Positions 55,339 through 64,000 of a stretch of DNA of 64,000 nt are shown piece by piece. A program made the translations under genes and the position numbers. Positions within the stretch are counted from its first letter, which is position 1; every line of letters begins with the position of its first letter. The notes below the pieces were generated by a model. The model was not told the origin of the DNA. It did no database searches and saw only the letters and a program-made list of their open reading frames with translations. This DNA is from Candidatus Microgenomatus sp. GTDB lineage: Bacteria; Patescibacteriota; Minisyncoccia; UBA6257; GWB1-50-10. The stretch covers positions 23,582 to 87,581 of the forward strand of contig DYGI01000002.1 of assembly GCA_020724805.1 (NCBI GenBank). Reading direction: 5' to 3'.

Positions 55339-56900
55339 ATTTTTGCTTTGCGCTTCTTTTTGCGCTCCTTGGCTTTAACCTTTATCAGCTCCAAATAGAT
55401 CAAGGCGCGGTTTATTTTGAACGTGCGGAAGCGCTTTCCGCGGCGCGCGAGGAACATTCGCTCAAGCGGGGGCGTATTTTTGTGATGAACCGTGGCGGCG
55501 CGGAAATACCCGTGGCGCAGAATAAAAGTGCGCCGGCAGTATTCGCGAGCCCCAAAAGCATCGAGGACGATAAGGAAGCTGCGGCATTTGTCGCGCCGCT
55601 TCTCGGTATGTCCGTATCGGCGCTTGAGGCCTCTTTTGCAAATAAAAAAAATCAATATCTCCTTCTCACCGACGAGGTTTCCGATGAACTTATTGCCGCG
55701 CTCCGAGACGCACCTAAAGGTATTTACATGGATGAGAAAGAATTTCGCTTCTACCCGCACGAGAGGTTTGCGGCGAATCTTTTGGGGTTTGTAGGGATGA
55801 ATGCGACCACACAAAAACCAAAAGGTCTTTATGGTGTGGAAAAATATTTCGATGCCGCGCTCGCGGAAGAAAAAGACGTAAAACTTTCCATCGATTGGGG
55901 CGTGCAGGGAGAAGTCGAGGACGTGCTCTCGAACTTAATAAACGACTATGGCGCAACCGGAGGCACGATTATCGTGATGGACCCGAAAACCGGAAAACTT
56001 CTTGCGCTCGCGTCGAAGCCGGATTTTGATCCGAACCGATATAAGGAATTTCCTGTGGCGAATTTTATGAACCCGGCATTCGCGTATCAATACGAGCCGG
56101 GATCCGTGATGAAGGCGATCACCATGGCCGCCGCTATCGATGCGGGTGCGGTGACGCCCACCACTATGTACACGGATTACGGATATGTGACGCGCAACAG
56201 CCGCACCATCCGCAATTTCGAGCCAAAGCCATATGGAAAAGTGACTATGACAAACGTCATCGAGCGTTCCATAAATACCGGAAGCGTATTTGCGGCGGAA
56301 GCGCTCGGGCGCGGAAAATTCACCGAATATATGGAACGCTTCGGGTTTGGTTCGCCGACGAACATTGGCGCGTCCGACGAAGTGGCGGGAAGTCTGAAAA
56401 ACCTTACCAAATCCGATTCGAAGGCAATCGACCTCGCTACCGCGTCGTTCGGGCAGGGCACCGCGGTGACACCACTTCAATTAATCACCGCCTATGCGGC
56501 GCTTGCGAACGGAGGAGTACGTATGACTCCCTCGTTTCTTGCGGACGATGCGCCACGGGAAGCGGGGCGCGCAGTTTCAAAAGAAGCCGCGGAGAAGGTG
56601 CTTTCCATGCTTGAATCGGCGGTAAATGTGAATAAGGTGGCGGTCATCCCGAACTATCGGATGGGCGGAAAAACCGGGACGGCGCTCATCCCTGAGGCGG
56701 GTGGATATTCCGAAGAACTTATCCATACGTTCGTGGGAGTGGCGCCGATTTCCGATCCCCGGTTTGTGGTCCTCGCGAAACTGGATAAGCCGCAGGTGGG
56801 AGAGCTTGCAGGTATCACGGTGGTTCCGGCAGTGCGTGAGCTTATGACATCGCTTCTCACGCGCTACCGCGTGCCGCCGGACAACCTCTCGGTGGAATAA
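55314..56900 (+). CDS. ftsI: Peptidoglycan D,D-transpeptidase FtsI (PBP3-like)
   Basis: 528 aa: SVMK (SxxK), SIN (SxN), KTGTA; TM anchor. Confidence 0.85.
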   Translation: MAVRFFLLNFCFALLFALLGFNLYQLQIDQGAVYFERAEALSAAREEHSLKRGRIFVMNRGGAEIPVAQNKSAPAVFASPKSIEDDKEAAAFVAPLLGMSVSALEASFANKKNQYLLLTDEVSDELIAALRDAPKGIYMDEKEFRFYPHERFAANLLGFVGMNATTQKPKGLYGVEKYFDAALAEEKDVKLSIDWGVQGEVEDVLSNLINDYGATGGTIIVMDPKTGKLLALASKPDFDPNRYKEFPVANFMNPAFAYQYEPGSVMKAITMAAAIDAGAVTPTTMYTDYGYVTRNSRTIRNFEPKPYGKVTMTNVIERSINTGSVFAAEALGRGKFTEYMERFGFGSPTNIGASDEVAGSLKNLTKSDSKAIDLATASFGQGTAVTPLQLITAYAALANGGVRMTPSFLADDAPREAGRAVSKEAAEKVLSMLESAVNVNKVAVIPNYRMGGKTGTALIPEAGGYSEELIHTFVGVAPISDPRFVVLAKLDKPQVGELAGITVVPAVRELMTSLLTRYRVPPDNLSVE

Positions 56901-56905
56901 GCGAG

Positions 56906-58240
56906 GTGTGGTACTCTTCGGATATGAAAGAGCTTCTCCTCAAATTACTGATGTGGAAGTTGGAACTCCTCGCGCGCCTTACGGTGCGGCGATATGCTCC
57001 GGGTATTGTGGCGGTGACGGGAAGCGTGGGGAAAACCTCGACCAAGGAAGCGCTTCGCGCGGTCTTGGGGCACAAATATCGGGCGCGCGCCGCGGCAAAG
57101 AGTTTCAATAACGAGCTAGGGGTGCCGCTCACCATCGTGAGCGCTGCGGAGCGAAGCGGCGGCCCGTTCTTTTGGTTTATGACGCTTTGGCGCGCGTGCG
57201 TGCAACTTATCGTTCGAAACCGGAATTATCCCGAGGTGTTGATACTCGAGTATGCCATCGACCGTCCGGGGGATATGACCAATCTTATCCGCATCGCGGC
57301 GCCCGACGTCGCGGTGATGACCGCGATGGGCGACGTGCCCGTGCATGTGGAGTTTTTCTCGGGACCGGAGGCGGTACTCCATGAAAAGGCAAAAATTGTA
57401 AAGGCGCTCCCGGACGATGGGTTTGCGGTATTGAATGCCGACGATCCGAAAGTGGCGGGAGTGGCCGACCTTTCCCGCGGCCACGTCATCACCTACGGGT
57501 TCAACGATGGTGCGGATGTGCGAATTTCCAATTTCAAAAGCGAACTCGAAGGTTCACACGCTTCCGTCCATTTCAAAATAAGCCATAACGGCACGGTGGT
57601 GCCGGTTCGAATGAAGGATGTATTGGGGAAGGCGGATGTATACGCGGCAGCGGCCGCTGCCGCCGCGGGAATCGCGTTCGGAATGAATTTGGTGGACATT
57701 GCGGCGGGATTGGAATCCTATGTGCCGCCGCCGGGACGATTCCGCGTGCTCCCCGGTCTTCGTGAAACTTTACTTATCGATTCTACGTACAATGCGTCAC
57801 CGCTCGCGATGGCCGAAGCGCTTGAAACCTTGCGGGGAGTGAAGGCATCTCGAAAAATTGTGGTAGTGGGGGATATGTTGGAGCTTGGGAAATTCACCGT
57901 TCCGGCGCACGAGGAATTGGGAAAAATGATTACAAAATCAGGCGACCTTTTGATCGCGGTCGGGCATCGCGCGAAATTTGCGGCGGAAGCTGCGCTCGCA
58001 GCAGGGATGTCAAAATTAAGGGTACATTCCTTTCTCGCGCTCGCCGATGCGGCACGTTATCTCGAAGCGACCATGAAGCCGAAAGACCTCGTGCTGTTCA
58101 AGGCATCTCAGGGAGTGCGTCTTGAACGCGTTTTGAAGCGATTCATCGCGGAACCGTCGCGGGTTGGGGAGTTTCTCGTACGTCAGGAACCAAAATGGCT
58201 CAAAGAAAAGGGCTTGTATGATGAGGGAGAGTTAGAGTAA
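56906..58240 (+). CDS. murF: UDP-MurNAc-tripeptide--D-Ala-D-Ala ligase MurF
   Basis: 444 aa: VTGSVGKTSTKE P-loop, and NNELGVPLT typical of MurF. Confidence 0.8.
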   Translation: MWYSSDMKELLLKLLMWKLELLARLTVRRYAPGIVAVTGSVGKTSTKEALRAVLGHKYRARAAAKSFNNELGVPLTIVSAAERSGGPFFWFMTLWRACVQLIVRNRNYPEVLILEYAIDRPGDMTNLIRIAAPDVAVMTAMGDVPVHVEFFSGPEAVLHEKAKIVKALPDDGFAVLNADDPKVAGVADLSRGHVITYGFNDGADVRISNFKSELEGSHASVHFKISHNGTVVPVRMKDVLGKADVYAAAAAAAAGIAFGMNLVDIAAGLESYVPPPGRFRVLPGLRETLLIDSTYNASPLAMAEALETLRGVKASRKIVVVGDMLELGKFTVPAHEELGKMITKSGDLLIAVGHRAKFAAEAALAAGMSKLRVHSFLALADAARYLEATMKPKDLVLFKASQGVRLERVLKRFIAEPSRVGEFLVRQEPKWLKEKGLYDEGELE

Positions 58241-58252
58241 TTTATTGTAGAC

Positions 58253-58324
58253 GGCCCCATCGTCTAGTGGTCAGGACACGTGGTTCTCATCCACGAAACA
58301 GGAGTTCGATTCTCCTTGGGGCTA
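58253..58324 (+). tRNA. tRNA-Glu (anticodon CUC)
   Basis: GGCCCCA acceptor with a G1.U72 wobble, anticodon loop TTCTCAT, T arm AGGAGTTCGATTCTCCT, discriminator A. Confidence 0.85.
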
Positions 58325-58325
58325 C

Positions 58326-58973
58326 ATGGAATCGCTCATTCAAACTATCGCGCCGCTCGTAGAAACCTACGGAGTATTGGGCGTGTTTTTTTTGTCGCTC
58401 ATTGAAGAGATCGTGGCGCCGGTACCTTCTTCGCTTGCGCTTATGGCGGCAGGATTTTTTCTCATCCCGCAGGGCGTTTCGTTCAGCGAAGTCGCCATTC
58501 CCGCGCTTCTCGAGGTCATCTTGCCCGCGGCATTCGGTCTCACTTTAGGCTCGCTTTTCGTCTATTCCGTCGCATACCTTGGCGGAAAACCGCTCGTGGT
58601 GAGATGGGGAAAGCTTTTTGGAGTCACGTGGGAAAAGCTGGAGCGTGCCGAGGCGCGTTTTACCTCAGGGCGCGCGGACGAGGTCATTATTTTTGGTCTA
58701 CGTGCGGTTCCGGTAACGCCGAACTTTCTCATTTCCGCTATCTGTGGCCTTGTGCGCTATCCGGTGAAGGAATTCATCGCACTCACGTTTTTTGGAGGCG
58801 TGGTGCGCGCCATTCTCATGGGTTTTTTGGGGTGGTCCGTTGGGGCTGCGTACGTTCAATATGCGGAACAGTTGAGCAGCCTTTCCAACCTTATTGCAAT
58901 CGCTATCACGGCAATTTTCCTCATCGCCGCTCTCCTTTTCCTCCTTCGCAGATTTCTACGTCTGGAGGCCTGA
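58326..58973 (+). CDS. DedA/TVP38-family membrane protein
   Basis: 215 aa, DedA-like. Confidence 0.7.
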   Translation: MESLIQTIAPLVETYGVLGVFFLSLIEEIVAPVPSSLALMAAGFFLIPQGVSFSEVAIPALLEVILPAAFGLTLGSLFVYSVAYLGGKPLVVRWGKLFGVTWEKLERAEARFTSGRADEVIIFGLRAVPVTPNFLISAICGLVRYPVKEFIALTFFGGVVRAILMGFLGWSVGAAYVQYAEQLSSLSNLIAIAITAIFLIAALLFLLRRFLRLEA

Positions 58974-59046
58974 AAAAGTGAGCAAAAAAGAGGATTTTTT
59001 GGCACTTTCCCTACTGGATTTTCGCACCGTTTTTTGATAGAATTGA

Positions 59047-61008
<1,962 letters not shown>

Positions 61009-61050
61009 AAGTTGACGACATGCGCATATTCTTGGTTTAATAGCGAGGTT

Positions 61051-61236
61051 ATGGCAAATCGCATTACCACATTTCTTCAGGAATCAAAGCAGGAGCTCAT
61101 GCGAGTGAACTGGCCGACGAAGGACGAAACCAAGCGTTATACGCTTTTTGTCATCGCCTTTTCGATTGCGTTCGCGCTTTTCCTCGGCATCATCGATTAC
61201 GGTTTCCTGAACGCGCTTGAATATTTTATCCAATAA
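61051..61236 (+). CDS. secE: Preprotein translocase subunit SecE
   Basis: MANRITTFLQESKQELMRVNWPTKDET... plus one TM. Precedes nusG. Confidence 0.8.
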   Translation: MANRITTFLQESKQELMRVNWPTKDETKRYTLFVIAFSIAFALFLGIIDYGFLNALEYFIQ

Positions 61237-61239
61237 CCA

Positions 61240-61812
61240 ATGACGGCATCACGCCCAAAACAAAAAGAATCCATTGCGGAAAAGCCCGTGCGGCGCTGGT
61301 ACGCCGTGCACACGTACTCCGGGTACGAGGATGCGGTGGCGCGTTATCTTAAGCAACGGGTGGAGTCGCTTCTGATGAGCGACAAAATATTCGACGTGGT
61401 AGTGCCGAAAGAGGTGAAAATAAAAGTGCGCGCCGGAAAGCGCTACACCATCGAGGAAAAAATCTATCCGGGCTACGTGCTTGTGGATATGATATTAGAC
61501 CACGATTCCTGGGCGGTAGTGCGGAATACTCCGCGCGTCACCGGATTTGTTGGCACCGATCCTGCGGTTCCCGCGCCGCTTTCAGAGGCCGAGGTGAAAG
61601 AGCTTTTAGGGCGAATGGGCGGAGAGGAAACGAGGTTCAAGGTTGATATCAAAGTGGACGATCTTGTGCGCATAATGGACGGGCCGTTCAAGGACCAGGA
61701 AGGGAAGGTGTCCGAGGTGGACGAGGCGCACGGTAAGGTGAAGGTGCTTGTGCCTATTTTCGGACGTGATACACTCTTGGAGCTCGATTCGCTGCAGGTA
61801 CAGAAGGTTTAA
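61240..61812 (+). CDS. nusG: Transcription termination/antitermination factor NusG
   Basis: 190 aa: NGN domain ([13 protein letters not shown]) and KOW (...[19 protein letters not shown]...). Confidence 0.93.
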   Translation: MTASRPKQKESIAEKPVRRWYAVHTYSGYEDAVARYLKQRVESLLMSDKIFDVVVPKEVKIKVRAGKRYTIEEKIYPGYVLVDMILDHDSWAVVRNTPRVTGFVGTDPAVPAPLSEAEVKELLGRMGGEETRFKVDIKVDDLVRIMDGPFKDQEGKVSEVDEAHGKVKVLVPIFGRDTLLELDSLQVQKV

Positions 61813-61817
61813 ACATC

Positions 61818-62243
61818 ATGGCAAAAGCAGTCAAAACAGTATTGAAACTTCAGCTTCCGGCAGGGGCGGCCAACCCCGCGCCTCCTGTGGGCACCGCGCT
61901 TGGTCCCCATGGCGTGAACATCGCGGAGTTTTGCAAGCAGTTCAACGACGCCACGAAGGAAATGACGGGCGATGTGGTTCCTGCGGAGATTACCATCTAC
62001 GAGGACCGTTCGTTCACGTTCAAATTAAAAACGCCGCCCGCCTCAGCGCTCCTCAAAAAAGCGGCTGGCATCGAAAAAGGCTCCGGAAACGCACTGAAGC
62101 AAAAAGTGGGCAAAGTAACCAAGGCGGACGTGAGAAAGATCGCCGAGCGGAAGATGGTGGACTTCAACACCGAGGATGTGGATGCCGCGATGAAGATGGT
62201 AGAAGGTACCGCTCGCAATATGGGGATCGAGGTAACCGACTAA
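61818..62243 (+). CDS. rplK: 50S ribosomal protein L11
   Basis: 141 aa: ...[34 protein letters not shown].... Confidence 0.95.
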   Translation: MAKAVKTVLKLQLPAGAANPAPPVGTALGPHGVNIAEFCKQFNDATKEMTGDVVPAEITIYEDRSFTFKLKTPPASALLKKAAGIEKGSGNALKQKVGKVTKADVRKIAERKMVDFNTEDVDAAMKMVEGTARNMGIEVTD

Positions 62244-62245
62244 CA

Positions 62246-62275
62246 AAAAGCTCCTCGCAGAGGAGCTTTTTTGTT
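62246..62275. terminator. Intrinsic terminator after rplK
   Basis: AAAAAGCTCCTC-GCAG-AGGAGCTTTTTTGTT. Confidence 0.7.
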
Positions 62276-62278
62276 GGT

Positions 62279-62734
62279 ATGATGGTTCCAATGTCTGATG
62301 AGGAGAGAAAATTTGGGGTAGGAGTAGGCGCGCTCATATTGGAAGGCAACAAAGTGCTTCTTGGCCTCAGAAACCCAGACCCGAAGAAAGCTAAAAGTGC
62401 ATTGCACGGAGAGGGCACATGGACTATGCCGGGAGGGAAGCTGCATTTTGGAGAGGGCCTCGAAGCGTGTGTGAAGCGGGAAGTGGAAGAAGAAACCGGT
62501 ATCCGTGTCCGTTCAGTGGCACTCGTGAGTGTCGCAAACAGTATCGCGGGAAATTCTCACTTTGTGACGATAGGATTTCTTGTGAAGGAGTGGGACGGTG
62601 AACTGAGAACGATGGAACCTGAGGAGATAGTGGAATGGCGATGGTTTGATCTTGATGAACTTCCGTCGGCCGTGTTCCCGCCATCGTCGAAAGTGTTGGA
62701 AAATTATCGAAGAGGAATTATTTTCAGCGAGTGA
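62279..62734 (+). CDS. NUDIX hydrolase
   Basis: About 151 aa. Nudix box GGKLHFGEGLEACVKREVEEETG. Only the 3' third of ORF 61748-62734 is genuine. Confidence 0.8.
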   Translation: MMVPMSDEERKFGVGVGALILEGNKVLLGLRNPDPKKAKSALHGEGTWTMPGGKLHFGEGLEACVKREVEEETGIRVRSVALVSVANSIAGNSHFVTIGFLVKEWDGELRTMEPEEIVEWRWFDLDELPSAVFPPSSKVLENYRRGIIFSE

Positions 62735-64000
62735 TGTATATCCCGACGATTGGTCTTGAGATACATGCGGAACTTCGGACAAAAACGAAGATGTTCTGTG
62801 CGTGCCCGAATGAGCCGGACGCAAAAGAGCCGAACGTGAATACGTGCCCCGTTTGTTTGGGGCACCCCGGTACCCTTCCAATGGCGAACGAAGAGGCGAT
62901 AAAGAAAGTGCTTAAAGTCGGGTTGGCACTTGGCGGGAAGCTCGCGACCCATTCCCATTTCGATAGAAAAAGTTATTTTTATCCCGATCTCCCGAAGGGA
63001 TACCAAATTTCACAGTATGAAGAACCGCTCGTCACGGGAGGGATGTTGAAGGATATTCGCATCACCCGCATACATCTTGAGGAAGATACCGCGAGACTTT
63101 TGCATGAAGGCGGTTCCTCGGAGGATTCCTCGAGACGACCAGCGGGTACGCTGGTTGACTTTAACCGGGCGGGTGCGCCGCTCATGGAGCTTGTCACGGA
63201 GCCCGACGTGAAAACAGCAGACGAAGCAGTGGCGTTTGCGCGAGAGCTCCAGCGCATTTTGCGGTACGTAGGCGCTTCGGACGCGGATATGGAGAAGGGA
63301 CATATGAGAGTGGAGGCAAACATCTCTATTGCAAAAGAGGGCGAAGGTTTTGGCACTAAAGTTGAGGTAAAAAATTTGAACTCGTTTCGCGCGGTTTCGG
63401 GAGCCATTCGCTACGAACTTGAACGACAGGAAAAACTATTGCGTGCAGGAAAGAAAGTAGCGCAGGAAACGCGCGGGTGGAACGATAAAACAGGCGAGAC
63501 CGAGAGCCAGCGCTCAAAGGAATCCGCGCATGACTACCGCTATTTTCCGGAGCCGGACCTTCCTCCGCTCGATCTTGCCGCGTGGGATATCGATACGTTA
63601 AAACGGGAACTTCCCGAGCTCCCGGAAGCGAAACGAATTCGTTTTGCGGCGGAATTTAGCCTTGCGCCTGAGCAGACGGAGTTTTTCATTGATGAGCCAA
63701 CGCATGCCGAATTTTTCGAAGCGACGGCGTCGGAATTCAAAGCACGCCGTGCGGGGGGCAATTATGCACTTCTTGTGAATTACTTCACAAGCGACCTTCA
63801 AGGTCTTCTCAAAGAGCAAGGGATTTCCTTGTCGGAATCGAAAATAACGCCGGAACATTTTGCGCATTTTGTGGCACTCGTGGATGAAGGGAAGCTTTCG
63901 AGTCGGCTCGCAAAAGATCTTTTGCGGGAAATGTTCATAACGGGCGAAGACCCTGAGGTTTTAATGGCAAAAAGCGGCAAGCGACTCATCGGCGACGCCA
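62734..64000 (+). CDS. gatB: Asp-tRNA(Asn)/Glu-tRNA(Gln) amidotransferase subunit B, 5' part; the 3' end lies outside the window
   Basis: Not in the ORF track because there is no stop in the window. MYIPTIGLEIHAELRTKTKMFCAC...SHFDRKSYFYPDLPKGYQISQY...YRYFPEPDLPP matches GatB throughout. The ATG overlaps the NUDIX stop (TGATG). Confidence 0.9.
   Translation, partial: MYIPTIGLEIHAELRTKTKMFCACPNEPDAKEPNVNTCPVCLGHPGTLPMANEEAIKKVLKVGLALGGKLATHSHFDRKSYFYPDLPKGYQISQYEEPLVTGGMLKDIRITRIHLEEDTARLLHEGGSSEDSSRRPAGTLVDFNRAGAPLMELVTEPDVKTADEAVAFARELQRILRYVGASDADMEKGHMRVEANISIAKEGEGFGTKVEVKNLNSFRAVSGAIRYELERQEKLLRAGKKVAQETRGWNDKTGETESQRSKESAHDYRYFPEPDLPPLDLAAWDIDTLKRELPELPEAKRIRFAAEFSLAPEQTEFFIDEPTHAEFFEATASEFKARRAGGNYALLVNYFTSDLQGLLKEQGISLSESKITPEHFAHFVALVDEGKLSSRLAKDLLREMFITGEDPEVLMAKSGKRLIGDA

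Noticed and set aside
61748-62734. 328-aa ORF spanning nusG, rplK and the NUDIX gene
   Set aside because: Upstream of 62279 it overlaps rplK in another frame and crosses the rplK terminator. Only the NUDIX portion (62279-62734) is real.

Overview
This 64 kb window is dense with housekeeping genes and averages about 58% GC. It most likely comes from a small-genome, Gram-positive-like bacterium, and I infer a Candidate Phyla Radiation / Parcubacteria-like lineage. The backbone contains infA-rpmJ-rpsM-rpsK-rpsD-rpoA-rplQ followed by rplM-rpsI. It also carries secDF, two mreB paralogs with mreCD and mrdA, a CIRCE-controlled hrcA-grpE-dnaK-dnaJ operon followed by rplJ-rplL, and mraZ-rsmH-ftsL-ftsI-murF. 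Further genes are gyrB, secE-nusG-rplK, a NUDIX gene, gatB, three aminoacyl-tRNA synthetases (proS, lysS, serS) and two tRNAs (Val-CAC, Glu-CUC). Several features of a reduced lineage are visible: RpoA ends before the alpha-CTD, UvrC and HrcA are short, rplA is not next to rplK, and many genes appear leaderless with their ATG 6-8 nt after an extended -10 box (TGnTATACT or GGGTACAAT). The accessory or unusual content is as follows. (1) At the 5' end there is a surface-glycosylation-like locus: a GT2 polyprenyl-phosphate sugar synthase and a GT-C membrane glycosyltransferase, followed by a 1200-aa secreted FN3-repeat, Ser/Thr/Asn-rich protein bracketed by two degenerate COX2-like cupredoxin paralogs. 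The giant gene contains a near-identical 300-bp tandem duplication. (2) A lower-GC BNR/Asp-box propeller gene carries a T9SS-type C-terminal sorting domain. It looks horizontally acquired and has AT-rich flanks. (3) A three-gene membrane module ends in a TraD/VirD4/HerA-like P-loop ATPase, preceded by a 2-TM protein and a TM protein with a HEPN-like motif. (4) A ~90-140 nt inverted-repeat element carrying an 'MNPVRS' leader ORF sits exactly on the start codons of lysS and hrcA, flanked by a 5-bp direct repeat (ATGAA). (5) A candidate ~90-nt sRNA has an extended -10 promoter and a UUCG-tetraloop terminator. Long antisense ORFs throughout the track are GC-shadow artefacts.
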